A stretch of 64,000 nt of DNA. Source: an uncultured delta proteobacterium (GTDB lineage Bacteria; Myxococcota; Myxococcia; Myxococcales; Myxococcaceae). The DNA lies in contig CAVYSY010000026.1 in NCBI GenBank assembly GCA_963771175.1, positions 288,001 to 352,000 of the forward strand. The letters are read 5' to 3'. The notes below the pieces were generated by a model. That model made no database searches. It was not told the DNA's origin and saw only the letters and a list, made by a program, of their open reading frames with translations. This document shows, one piece after another, positions 47,518-58,522 of the stretch (position 1 is its first letter; each line of letters opens with the position of its first letter). The position numbers and the translations under genes are program-made.

Positions 47518-50500
47518 ATGAGTCTTCCCGAGCTGAACGTCACCGAGGTCTTCACCGGCAAGCGCCTGCTCTTCGCGGGCTCCACCGGCTTCGTGGGCAA
47601 GGTCACCCTGTCCATGCTGCTGTCGCGCTACGGCGAGACGCTGGACAAGCTCTATGTGCTGGTGCGCAAGGGCAGTGCCGCGTCCGCCGAGCGCCGCTTC
47701 TTCGACAAGGTGGCCACCAGCGAGCCCTTCCAGCCGCTGCGCGACGCCTACGGCGAGGAGGGTGCGCTGGAGTTCATCCGCCGCAAGGTGGAGGTGCTCG
47801 ACGGCGACATCACCGACCCGCTCATGGGCCTCACCCCGGAGCAGGCGGACGCGCTCACCGGCAAGGTGCACGCCATCGTCAACTGCGCGGGCCTGGTGTC
47901 CTTCAACCCGTCGCTGGAGGTGGGCCTCAACGTCAACACCCACGGCGTGAAGTACACCGTGGACCTGGCGCTCAAGTGGAATGTGCCGCTCATCCACATG
48001 TCCACCGCCTTCGTGGCCGGCAACCGCAGCGGGCTCGTCTTCGAGGACGAGGAGGTGGTGGGCTACTTCCCCCGCCGCGAGGAGCTGGACGGGCGCGACT
48101 TCAGCCTGGAGCAGGAGCTCGCGGACGCGGAGAAGATCGTCGCCCGGCTGCGCGAGCAGGCGGATGACAAGGCGCTGGCGTCCCTCTTCCGCAAGAAGGC
48201 GCTGGAGCGGCTGGAGCAGGAGGGCCGCGACGCCACGGACGAGAAGACGCTGCGGCTGGCGATGGGCCGCGAGCGCAAGCTGTGGCTCACCGGCGAGCTG
48301 GTCCGCGCCGGCATGGAGCGGGCGAAGCACTGGGGCTGGCCCAACACGTACACGTACACCAAGAGCCTGGGCGAGCAGGTGATGGCCAGCACGCCGGGCC
48401 TGCGCTACGCCATCGTCCGGCCCTCCATCGTCGAGTCCGCCCAGCACTTCCCCTTCCCCGGGTGGAACGAGGGCTTCACCACCTCGGCGCCGCTGGCCTT
48501 CGCCGGCATCAAGGGCCAACGCAACATCCCCGCCGGCGAGCGCGCCATCCTGGACATCATCCCGGTGGACCACGTGGCCGGCGCCACCATCGGCATCACC
48601 GCGCACTCCATGCAGGTGGAGGAGCGGCGCGTCTACAACCTCGCCTCGGGTGACGTGAACCCGTTCTACGCCAGCCGCTCCGTCGAGCTGGTGGGCCTGT
48701 ACCGGCGCCGCTACTACCGGAACAAGGAGACGGGCAACGCGCTGATGAACGAGCTGCGCTCGCGCGTCGAGCCGGTGCCGGTGAGCCGCAAGACGTTCGA
48801 GAACTTCAGCGCCCCCATGTTCGTCAAGGGCGCGCGCTTCCTGCGTCAGGTCATCGACGAGGTGAAGCCCGCCTGGGGCGCGCCCGCGGTGCAGGCCATG
48901 CTGGAGCGGGCCAAGGGCACGCTGGATGAGGTGGAGAACCAGGCCATGAGCCTGGTGGGGCTCATCGAGCTCTTCCTCCCCTTCCTCTACGACAACCGCT
49001 ACGTCTTCCGCTGCGACAACACCCGCTCGGTGTACGCGCGCATGGCCCACCACGACCGGGTCCGCATTCCGTGGGCTCCGGAGGCCATCGACTGGCGCAT
49101 CTACTTCCTCGACACCCACCTGCCCGGCCTGGAGAAGTGGGTGTTCCCCGGCCTGGAGGAGGAGACGAAGAGGCGCACCGTCATCGCCGCCAACCGCGAC
49201 CTGCTGGAGATGCTCGAGGCCAGCGTCAACGCGTGGCGCCACCGGGTGGCCTTCCGCTACGCGGTGGACGAGAAGGAGGAGCGCCTCACCTACGGCGAGG
49301 TCAACCGCTACGCCAACCGCGTGGGCAGCTTCCTCCTCAAGGAGGGCGTGAAGCGCGGGGACCGGGTGATGCTCCTGGGGGAGAACCGGCCCGAGTGGCC
49401 CGTCTCCTACTTCGGCATCCTCCGCGCGGGCGGCACCGCCGTGCCGGTGGACCCGAGCCTCAACGAGGCCGAGGTCGTCAACATCGCCCGCCGCGCCGAG
49501 GCCAAGGTGCTGCTGCTCACCGAGCAGACGCTGGAGGACATGCCCGGCATCATGGCGGCGCTCTCCCAGGCGGGCCTGTCCACGCGCGTGGTCGGCTTCG
49601 GCGAGGCCATGGGTGGAGACCCGACGTACCCGGACCACATCGGCCCGGTGCGCCGCACGGCCGCCGCGGACGACGTGGCCAGCCTCATCTTCACCTCGGG
49701 CACCACGGGCACGCCCAAGGGCGTGATGCTCACCCACCGCAACTTCGCCTCGCTCATCGCGAAGCTGGCGGGCGCCTTCGACATCGGCATGGGTGACGGC
49801 GTCCTCTCCGTGCTGCCGCTGCACCACACCTTCGAGTTCTCCGCCGGCTTCCTCACGCCCTTCTCGCGTGGCGCGGAGATTACCTACATCGACGAGCTCA
49901 CCTCGGACCGGCTGGGCGAGGTGTTCGAGACGGGCCGCGTGTCCGCGATGATCGGCGTGCCCGCGCTCTGGCAGCTCCTGCACCGCAAGGTGACGCAGGA
50001 GATGGCCAGCCGGCCGCCCCTGGTGGAGCAGACGCTCAAGTCGCTCATGGCGGCCCACGGCGAGCTGCGCAACCGCAGCGACATCAACCTGGGCAAGCTG
50101 CTCTTCTGGCCGGTGCACCGCAAGTTCGGCGGGAAGATCAAGTTCCTGGTGTCGGGCGGCTCGGCGCTGCCGGATGACGTGCACAAGGCCTTCCACCAGC
50201 TGGGCTTCAACATCATCGAGGGCTACGGCCTCACCGAGGCGGCTCCGGTGCTGGCGGTGTCCGAGACGCGCGTCAACAAGCGTCAGGTGGGCACGGTGGG
50301 CAAGGCACTGCCCGGCGTCGAGCTGCGCATCCTCGAGCCGGACAACGAGGGCATCGGCGAGGTGCTCGCGCGCGGCCCCAACGTCATGGCCGGCTACTTC
50401 GGGGACAAGGAGTCCACCGACGCCGTCCTCAAGGCGGGCTGGCTCTACACGGGCGACCTCGGGCGCATCGACGACGAGGGTCGGCTGTACCTCGTGGGCC

Positions 50501-51922
50501 GCAAGAAGGACGTCATCATCGACGCCAACGGGAAGAACGTGTACCCGGACGAGCTCGAGGACGTGTACGGCGTCCACCCGCACATCAAGGAGCTGTCCAT
50601 CGTCGGCCTGCCGGACGAGGGCGGCGGCGAGAAGGTCGCCTGCCTCTGCGTGCCGGACAACAAGGAGCGGCCTCGCGAGGAGGTGCGGCGCGAGCTGGAG
50701 GAGCACTTCCGCAAGACGAGCGCGGAGATGCCCTTCTACCGCCGGGTGAAGGTGCTGCGCTTCTGGGACGGCGAGCTGCCGCGCACCTCGTCGCGCAAGG
50801 TGAAGCGCAAGGTGGTGGTGGAGGAGCTGCAAGCGGCTGGAGAAGCTGGCCGCCTCGGGCGAGAAGGCCCGCGAGAAGGTGCAGGCCACCGGCGGCGTGG
50901 CCGACTGGCTCTACCCGCTCATCGCCGAGGTGGTGAACAAGCCCCTGGGCGACATCCGCCCCGAGGCCCGCCTCTCGGTGGACCTGGGCCTGGACTCGCT
51001 GATGCTCACCGAGCTGTCCGTGGCACTGGAGCAGACTGGCGTGCCGCTGCCCGCGGTGAATGACCTGACGCACGTGCAGACGGTGGACGATCTGCGCAAG
51101 CTGATCGTCGCCAGCGGGCGTCGTCCCACCCAGGAGACGCGCGCCAAGGACATCTCCCAGGAGGCCGAGAAGGCCGAGGATCTGGAGATTCCGGTGCCGG
51201 AACCGCTGGTGACGGTGGGCCGGAACCTCGTGCGGCTCGGCCAGCAGGCGCTCTTCGGCGGCCTGTTCGACGTGAAGGTGACGGGCAAGCCCTTCATCCC
51301 GATGAACCGCAACTTCCTCGTCATCGCCAACCACACGAGCCACCTGGACATGGGGCTCATCAAGGTGGTGCTCGGCGAGCAGGGGCAGCGGCTCACCACG
51401 CTCGCCGCGCGCGACTACTTCTTCGATACCCCGCTCAAGCGGGCGTACTTCGAGAACTTCACCGACCTCATCCCCATGGACCGCCACGGCTCGCTGCGCG
51501 AGTCGCTGCGGCTGGCCGGCAACGCCCTGCGCCAGGGCTTCAACCTGCTCATCTTCCCCGAGGGCACGCGCTCGACGACGGGGGAGCTGCTCGAGTTCAA
51601 GCCCACCCTGGGCTACCTGGCGCTCACCTACGGGGTGGACGTGCTGCCCGTCTACGTGAAGGGCGCCTTCGAGGCGCTGCCCAAGGGCCGCATGGTGCCC
51701 AAGTCGCGCGAGCTGGAGGCCCACGTGGGGCCCGCGCTGACGTACGAGATGTTGCGCGCCAAGACGCAGGGCATGGCGCGCTCGGAGAGCTACCGCTACG
51801 CCACGAAGCTGGCGGAGGACTCCATCCGCGCGCTGGCCGCCGGTCGCGTGCTGAGTTTCGATGAATCGGCGACGGTCGAGGACCAGCGCCGCGCGCTGTC
51901 GTCAGGAGGGAGCGAGTCGTGA
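47518..51922 (+). CDS. elbD: Multifunctional ether-lipid biosynthesis enzyme (fatty acyl reductase, acyl-CoA synthetase, ACP, acyltransferase), frameshift near 50830
   Basis: GSTGFVGK and PNTYTYTK (FAR); FTSGTTGTPKG, GYGLTE, TGDLG (AMP-binding); LGLDSL (ACP); NHTSHLD and FPEGTRS (acyltransferase). Confidence 0.9.
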
Positions 51923-52948
51923 AGCTGCTCATCACCGGAGGCTCGGGCTTCCTGGGCTCGCACCTGGTCCCGCGGCTGGTGGCCGCGGGGCATGAGGTGC
52001 GCATCATCGGCCGCACCAGGCCCTCGGGCCCCGGCTACGAGAAGGCGGAGTACGTCCCGGGAGACCTGAAGAACCGCGAGGCGGTGCGACGCGCGCTGCA
52101 AGGCGTGGAGGCCGTCTACCACCTGGCGGGGCTCGTCTCCTTCCAGGAGAAGGACGCGCGGCGCATGTACGAGCTGCACGTGGACGCCACGCGCGAGCTG
52201 CTGCACGACGTGCGCGAGGCGGGCGTCCAGCGCGTCATCCTCGCCTCCACCTCGGGCACCATCGCGGTGTCCAAGGAGGAGCGCGTCGGCACCGAGGACG
52301 ACGGCTACCCCATCGAGGTGGTGGGGCGCTGGCCGTACTACCTGTCCAAAATCTACGAGGAGAAGCTCGCGCTGGAGTACTGCCGCAAGCACGCCATCCC
52401 CCTCGTGGTGCTCAACCCGAGCCTGCTGATGGGGCCCGGGGATGACCGCCTCTCCTCCACGTGGACGGTGATGAAGTTCCTGCAGGGCGAGCTTCCCGCC
52501 ATGCCCGGTGGAGGCATGTCCTTCGTGGACGCCCGGGACGCGGCGGACGCCTTCGTGAACGCGCTCACGCGCGGCGAGGTGTACGGGCGCCACCTGATGG
52601 GCGTGAACCTCACCATGGTGGACTTCTTCCACCGCCTGGAGCGCCTGTCGGGCGTGTCCGCGCCGCGGCTGAGGCTGCCCTCGCAGGTGAACGTGCTCGG
52701 GGCGAAGCTGCTGGAGCAGGTGGCGAAGTGGCGCGGGACGAAGCCCGCGTTGGATCCGCAGGAAGTGGACATCGGCGAGCACTACTTCTGGCTCGACGCC
52801 TCGAAGGCCGAGGCGCGAGCTGGGCTTCAAGGCCCGCGACGTCCACGAGACGCTGCACGACACGGTGCAGTACCTGTACACGCGGATGGCCCCGGGACAC
52901 CTGCCGGGCACCAGGGGCCGGCTCGACGAGCTGCGCGAGGGCACCTGA
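51919..52948 (+). CDS. elbE: NAD-dependent epimerase/dehydratase, ElbE-like (frameshift near 52815)
   Basis: TGGSGFLG, HLAG, YYLSK; GTGA overlap with the elbD stop codon. Confidence 0.78.
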
Positions 52949-52960
52949 GGTTCCCTCGAG

Positions 52961-52983
52961 GCCCCCCTCTCCCGAGGGGGGGC
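52961..52983. terminator. Hairpin between convergent elbE and GGDEF genes
   Basis: gcccccctc-tccc-gagggggggc. Confidence 0.5.
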
Positions 52984-52990
52984 GGACCGC

Positions 52991-53875
52991 CTACCCGACC
53001 ACCCGGTTCCGCCCGGTCTTCTTCGCCTTGTACAGGTTCGCGTCCGCCACCTTGATGAACTGCAGCGGATCCACCATGTCCGGCGCCATGTCCGCCACGC
53101 CCAGCGATAGCGTGACCGGGATGTCCTGGGCCTCGAAGGTGAACTGCTTCTCCTCGATGGTCCGGCGGATCTTCTCCGCGAAGATGCGCGCCTTCTCCAC
53201 CCCGTCCTCGGGCATGACGAGCGCGAACTCCTCGCCGCCGTAGCGCGCGAAGCACTGCTCCTTGCGCACCAGCCGCTTGATGGTCTGCGCCAGCTCGCGC
53301 AGCACGTAGTCACCCGCCAGGTGCCCGTGCACGTCGTTGATCTTCTTGAAGAAGTCGATGTCGAACATCATCAGCGTCAGCGGGCGCCCGTAGCGGTGGC
53401 ACCGCCCCATCTCCCTCTCCAGGTACTCGAGGAAGTAACGCTTGTTGTTCACCCCGGTCAGGCCATCCACGATGGTGAGCATGTAGATGGTCTCGTGGTA
53501 CTGCAGCTCCACGTTGTCGCCGGTGAGGAACTTGAAGATGGAGCCGCCCACCTTGATGAGGTCACCACTGCGCAGCGGCGTCTCCTGCGTCACCTCCTGG
53601 TCGTTCAGGTAGGTACCGTTGGTGGAGCCGAGGTCCTGCACGAACATGCGTCCCTGCTTGCGGACGATGCGCGCGTGCTTGCGCGAGACGTTGTCGAGGT
53701 CCACCACGATGTGGTTGCCCTCTTCACGCCCGATGGTGAAGTCGTTCTCCAGGAGCGTGTACTTCTTCCCCAACTCCGGCCCGTGAATCTGCACGATGCA
53801 GCATTCCGAGTCGACGGGAGTCGCCAGCTCCTTGATCGACGAGATCTTGGTTACTCGGGTTTCGTCGCCAGCCAT
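52991..53875 (-). CDS. FHA-GGDEF diguanylate cyclase
   Basis: FHA motifs [38 protein letters not shown]. Confidence 0.92.
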   Translation of the reverse strand: MAGDETRVTKISSIKELATPVDSECCIVQIHGPELGKKYTLLENDFTIGREEGNHIVVDLDNVSRKHARIVRKQGRMFVQDLGSTNGTYLNDQEVTQETPLRSGDLIKVGGSIFKFLTGDNVELQYHETIYMLTIVDGLTGVNNKRYFLEYLEREMGRCHRYGRPLTLMMFDIDFFKKINDVHGHLAGDYVLRELAQTIKRLVRKEQCFARYGGEEFALVMPEDGVEKARIFAEKIRRTIEEKQFTFEAQDIPVTLSLGVADMAPDMVDPLQFIKVADANLYKAKKTGRNRVVG

Positions 53876-54012
53876 CGCCTCGGAGACATAGCACGGCTCC
53901 CCGTGTGGAAGCCACGAGGGCCGGACCCCACCACCCCGGTTCCGTTATTCAACGAAGGGGAAAGAGCGGCCTTGCCGGGGCCGCCACCCCCCCGGGTAAC
54001 TTGGCCGCCCAT

Positions 54013-55242
54013 ATGGCCAAGACGCTGGCAATGATCCTCGCGGGCGGAGCCGGAACCCGGCTGGAGCCCCTCACGCGTGAGCGCGCCAAGCCGGCAGTCC
54101 CCTTCGGCGGGCGCTACCGCATCATCGATTTCGTCCTCTCCAACTTCGCCAACTCCGGCATCTACCGGATGAAGGTGCTGACGCAGTACAAGAGCGACTC
54201 GCTCAACAAGCACCTGTCCCGCGCCTGGCGGATGACCGCCTTCCTCGGCCACTACGTGGAGACCGTCCCCGCCCAGATGCGGACCGGCATGGACTGGTAC
54301 AAGGGCAGCGCCGACGCCATCTACCAGAATCTCAACATCATCACCGACGAGGAGCCGGACTACATCTTCGCCTTCGGGGCGGATCACGTCTACCGGATGG
54401 ACTGCCAGCAGATGCTGGACTTCCACATCGCCCGGAAGGCCGCCTGCACGGTGGCCGCCATCCCGGTACCCATCGAGGAGGGCAAGGATTTCGGCATCAT
54501 CGACGTGGGCGCGGACGGGCGGATGAAGGGCTTCGTGGAGAAGCCCAAGAACCCGCCCCCCATGCCCGGCAATTCGAAGATGTGCCTGGCCTCCATGGGC
54601 AACTACCTCTTCTCCACCGACGCGCTGGTGAAGGAGGTGGTGCGTGACGCCGCGGACGAGAACAGCGCCCACGACTTCGGCAAGTCCATCATCAGCGAGC
54701 TGTACAAGCGCGAGCCCGTCTATGTGTACGACTTCGCGCAGAACACCATCCCCGGCCAGGAGCCGAAGGAGCGCGGCTACTGGCGGGATGTGGGGAACAT
54801 CGACACCTACTACCAGTCCAACATGGACCTGGTGGAGGTGGACCCCATCTTCAACCTCTACAACGACCGCTGGCCCATGTACACGCAGCCCAACAACCTC
54901 CCGCCGGCCAAGTTCGTCTTCGCCGATCGGGAGCACCACCGGGTGGGCCACGCCACGGACTCGCTGGTGAGCGAGGGGTGCATCATCTCCGGCGGCCACG
55001 TGAACCGCTCGGTGCTCTCGCCCAAGGTGCGCGTCAACTCGTTCTCCGAGGTGCAGGACTCCATCCTCTTCGAGAACGTCACCATCGGGCGGCGCTGCCG
55101 CATCCGCCGCGCCATCATCGACAAGAACGTGGAGATCCCCCCGGGGATGACCATCGGATACGACCTCGAGGAGGATCGGCGCCGCTTCCACGTCACCCCG
55201 GGTGGCGTGGTCGTCATCCCCAAGGGCATGAAGGTCGCCTGA
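54013..55242 (+). CDS. glgC: Glucose-1-phosphate adenylyltransferase
   Basis: [40 protein letters not shown]. Confidence 0.95.
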   Translation: MAKTLAMILAGGAGTRLEPLTRERAKPAVPFGGRYRIIDFVLSNFANSGIYRMKVLTQYKSDSLNKHLSRAWRMTAFLGHYVETVPAQMRTGMDWYKGSADAIYQNLNIITDEEPDYIFAFGADHVYRMDCQQMLDFHIARKAACTVAAIPVPIEEGKDFGIIDVGADGRMKGFVEKPKNPPPMPGNSKMCLASMGNYLFSTDALVKEVVRDAADENSAHDFGKSIISELYKREPVYVYDFAQNTIPGQEPKERGYWRDVGNIDTYYQSNMDLVEVDPIFNLYNDRWPMYTQPNNLPPAKFVFADREHHRVGHATDSLVSEGCIISGGHVNRSVLSPKVRVNSFSEVQDSILFENVTIGRRCRIRRAIIDKNVEIPPGMTIGYDLEEDRRRFHVTPGGVVVIPKGMKVA

Positions 55243-55256
55243 GCCCTCGAAACGGC

Positions 55257-55290
55257 GGAGGCCCGGACACGCGGTGCGCGCCGGGCCTCC
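55257..55290. terminator. Hairpin between convergent genes
   Basis: ggaggcccgg ... ccgggcctcc, perfect 10-bp stem. Confidence 0.55.
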
Positions 55291-55316
55291 CCTCTCCTAC
55301 CGTCTGGGCCGTGGGC

Positions 55317-55769
55317 TCAGCGGAAGGCCGACTTCACCTCGGGCTTGTTGAGCACCACCAGCGACCAGATGCCCACCGGGATGCCGATGCAGCAGCACGG
55401 CCCGAAGCAGGGGATGAGGGCGATGATGGAGGCGGCCATGGCCAGGCCGAAATTCTCCAGGTTCTTCATCTTCAGGGCGCCGAAGAACGTCACACCGCTC
55501 AGGGCGAGCGTGAGCAGGTTGCCGACGGCCCCGAAAGACTGGGTGCGCTCCAGCCACGGGCGGAACTGCTGAAGGTTCGGATCATTGAGCATCTCGGGAG
55601 GGATGCCCCCCATCCCCAGGAGCGCCTGCACCAGCCCCAGCAGCGCGCCCGCGATGCCAAGCCCGGCCACCACCATCAGCAGGATGGCCGGCGTGGACAC
55701 CTGCTGGCGGGCCGCGGCCGTGTCCGACGGACCCGGCATCCCCGGAAAGTCACCCGGAATGTTCGTCAT
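55317..55769 (-). CDS. Small integral membrane protein
   Basis: 3-4 hydrophobic helices; PCFGPCCCIGIPVGIW motif. Confidence 0.7.
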   Translation of the reverse strand: MTNIPGDFPGMPGPSDTAAARQQVSTPAILLMVVAGLGIAGALLGLVQALLGMGGIPPEMLNDPNLQQFRPWLERTQSFGAVGNLLTLALSGVTFFGALKMKNLENFGLAMAASIIALIPCFGPCCCIGIPVGIWSLVVLNKPEVKSAFR

Positions 55770-55845
55770 GTGTGTTCCCCTCCCCTTGCGTGGGATGAAG
55801 CTTCCGCGAGCTTGGAGCCCGCGCGCCGGCTGATTCCACCCGGAG

Positions 55846-55883
55846 GTGGGAGGGAGCGCCAGAGAATTGACGCGCCCTCCCAC
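55846..55883 (-). terminator. Hairpin downstream of rtcB
   Basis: gtgggaggg ... ccctcccac inverted repeat 5 nt after the rtcB stop codon. Confidence 0.5.
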
Positions 55884-55888
55884 GGAAA

Positions 55889-57313
55889 TCAGGCCTTGAA
55901 GGTCATCAGCGGGGCCAGCCGCGCCACCTCGCGGACGATGCCGGCCTCCACCTGCGAAGCCACCACCGGGCCAATCGGCTTGTAGGCCGCCGGCGCCTCC
56001 TCGATGCGGCGCTCGGCCCGCAGGGTGATGCAGTCCACCCCGGTGAGGCCCAGCGCCTCATCCCGGCGGTCCGCCCCACCCCGCGCCATGGAGAAGCGTG
56101 AGCGCGCCCGCCCCGCCCCATGCGACGCCGAGGCCAGTGCCTCCGCGTTGCCCTGCCCCACCATCAGATAGGACGCCGCCCCCATGGAACCGGGGATGAT
56201 GACCGGCTGCTCCGCCTCGGCCGGGCAGGCCCCCTTGCGCGCCAACCACCCGCCCTCCCACGGCAGGGTGATGTTGTGCGGCACGTCGTAGACGAGCGGC
56301 GCCTCCACGTCTCCGAACAGCTCCCGCAGGGTGAGCCGCAGCAGCTCCGCCAGCAGCAACCGGTTGAGGAAGGCGTAGTTGGCCGCCGTGGCCTCGGCCT
56401 GGAGGTACTCGCGCACCAGCTCCGGCTCCGCCAGCGGGAGGATGCCGCTCTCCGGAAATGGAGCTCCCACCGGCCACGCCGCTCGCGCCCGCTCCTGCCA
56501 CGTGAGTCCCACGTGCCTGCCCATGTCCCGCGAGCCCGAGTGCACCATGAACGCGAGCTGGCCCTCGCGCACACCCCACTCCCAGGCCCGCGCACGGTCC
56601 ATCACCGCCTCCACCCGCTGCACCTCGACGAAGTGGTTGCCCCCGCCGATGGTGGCCAGGCCCGGGTCTCGCACCACACCCTCCCGGCGCAGCCCCGTGG
56701 GTGCCCACTTCGGGTCCCCCCCGAGCGCCCCGCCCAGGTACACCCGCGCGGACTCCCGATCGAGCTGACCCAGGTCCGCCTTCGTCACCACGCCCAGCGG
56801 CTCCTCCAGCGTCTCCAGGAACCAGCCGGGCAGACCGTCACGCAGGAGAGCCTCCACCGCGCGCGAGCCCAACGCCACGTCCCGGGTGCCGAAGAAATAG
56901 TGGCCCTTCATCCGCTCGACGAAGGCGTCGCGGCGGGCGAGGAAGTCCTCCACGGGAATGTCCGCGACGTGCAGGCGCATGCCGCAGTTGATGTCGGTGC
57001 CCACCGCGCCGGGCACCACCAGCCCCTCCGTGTGCACCACCGAGCCGATGGCCACTCCGGAGTCACCCGGGTGGAAGTCCGGCGTGGCGCGCACGCGCTT
57101 GACCGCGCCGCCGCCCGGGTGCTTCAGCGCGGCGAGGTTCGCGAGCTGTTGAAAGGCCTTGCCCTCCACGGGCAGGTCCGGTGGGAGGAGCACCTCGGCG
57201 GGCGGCGCGTTCGCATCGCCCTGGCGGCGCACGGTGTAGACACGACCGTCGTACGTCACATCGAGCCCCTCTCGGGCGAGCGCCCGCAGGAGCCGGTTCA
57301 GTTTCGGCTGCAT
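55889..57313 (-). CDS. rtcB: RtcB family RNA ligase
   Basis: PDFHPG, GTDINCG, GGGNHF, HSGSR, HN, RKGA, PGSMG, HGAGR, EEAPAAYK. Confidence 0.92.
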   Translation of the reverse strand: MQPKLNRLLRALAREGLDVTYDGRVYTVRRQGDANAPPAEVLLPPDLPVEGKAFQQLANLAALKHPGGGAVKRVRATPDFHPGDSGVAIGSVVHTEGLVVPGAVGTDINCGMRLHVADIPVEDFLARRDAFVERMKGHYFFGTRDVALGSRAVEALLRDGLPGWFLETLEEPLGVVTKADLGQLDRESARVYLGGALGGDPKWAPTGLRREGVVRDPGLATIGGGNHFVEVQRVEAVMDRARAWEWGVREGQLAFMVHSGSRDMGRHVGLTWQERARAAWPVGAPFPESGILPLAEPELVREYLQAEATAANYAFLNRLLLAELLRLTLRELFGDVEAPLVYDVPHNITLPWEGGWLARKGACPAEAEQPVIIPGSMGAASYLMVGQGNAEALASASHGAGRARSRFSMARGGADRRDEALGLTGVDCITLRAERRIEEAPAAYKPIGPVVASQVEAGIVREVARLAPLMTFKA

Positions 57314-57525
57314 GACCTTCTCGGAATCTGGCCCGCGCCCACGGGGGCACGGGGGACCATGACGAATGGATTCGAGACCTCGGGTCAGCAGCCGCGGTCG
57401 TCGGACGGCCGGAGCCGTCCTTCAGCGAAGAGGGACGAACCAGCCAGGAGCCGCCTGACACCCGACCGCGCCATCGTGGGAGACTCACGGAGAAGCAACT
57501 TCATGGAGAACGAGGGACGAGGCTC

Positions 57526-58161
57526 ATGCTGAACAGGCGAAGAACCTGGAAAGAAACGCGCAGGTATCCATTCACCGCCAGCCTCCTGCTGTGGGCATTT
57601 CTCTCGGGATGCCTCCATAAAGAACCGCCAGCCCCCCGGCTCGCGCCCGAGTGCAAGGCGCCAGGGCCCACGGGGCCTGACACAATCCCCTGCCGGGTGT
57701 CCCCCGACTGGGTCAGGCAACAGGCGGCCCCGCCTGTCCATCCCCTCATCCAAGCGGCATTTTCCGATGAAGCAACGACCCGCTGGCCCAAGATTCCACT
57801 CGCGTCCGTTGAAGAGAGCCTGACGGACAGTCATCGAATCCTGCTCACTGGGCGGCTCGCGATGGTGAGCGGAAAATCCCAGGGAGGAGAGTTCATGAGG
57901 TTCTTTGACAATGATTCCGATGGTTATGTGGATCGTGTGGATGAACTCATCCTCGGCCCAGATCGCAGCACCACGCGGATCGCGCGAGATACGAATCAGG
58001 ATGGCCGCCCGGACCAGCGAGAACTACTGATTTCATTCTGGCGGGAGAACGAATGGCAGCACCGAATAGCGACACTAGATGAACAAATCATCAAGACATC
58101 CAAGACATTGACCTGGAGCATGCATGGGTATGCGTGGCTCCAAAGCAACATAGAGGACTGA
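57526..58161 (+). CDS. Hypothetical lipoprotein with two EF-hand-like DxDxDG loops; atypically low GC
   Basis: Lipobox LSG-C; DNDSDGYVD and DTNQDGRPD; many A/T-ending codons. Confidence 0.55.
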   Translation: MLNRRRTWKETRRYPFTASLLLWAFLSGCLHKEPPAPRLAPECKAPGPTGPDTIPCRVSPDWVRQQAAPPVHPLIQAAFSDEATTRWPKIPLASVEESLTDSHRILLTGRLAMVSGKSQGGEFMRFFDNDSDGYVDRVDELILGPDRSTTRIARDTNQDGRPDQRELLISFWRENEWQHRIATLDEQIIKTSKTLTWSMHGYAWLQSNIED

Positions 58162-58522
58162 ATGAATGCGCATGATGGATGCGCGAGGTCTCTCGCGTCC
58201 AACTGGCCAGGTGTTACTGCGGCAGTTCCACGCTGAAGTGCCCATCTGGATACAACGAATGATGGGGGAGTCTGGCGCGGCACGCACTCGCGCCACGCCG
58301 CCTGGGGGTTTCTGCAGGACCTGCTGAACAAGTTGCCGGAAGAAATTGCTGCGGTCGCGAAAACAGCGAGGGCCCATTGCCCCCCAACCCGGTGCCCTCC
58401 GCGCTCGCCCGACCGGTGGGCGGGAGAGGGGTCCTGACTTTCTGGGAACTCACCCTTGTTAGAGGCCAGAGGAGGTCACGCGGACCGACCCATGTGCGCC
58501 GCGCCGCACCTCGAGGAGAACC

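Noticed and set aside
47518..51922. Novel NRPS/PKS-like biosynthetic gene
   Set aside because: Domain order matches the described ElbD ether-lipid enzyme
57350..57475. tRNA gene, or HDV-like/hammerhead ribozyme upstream of rtcB
   Set aside because: No cloverleaf and the T-stem is only 2-3 bp; the CUGANGA/GAAA core and HDV P1.1/P3 elements could not be fitted by eye
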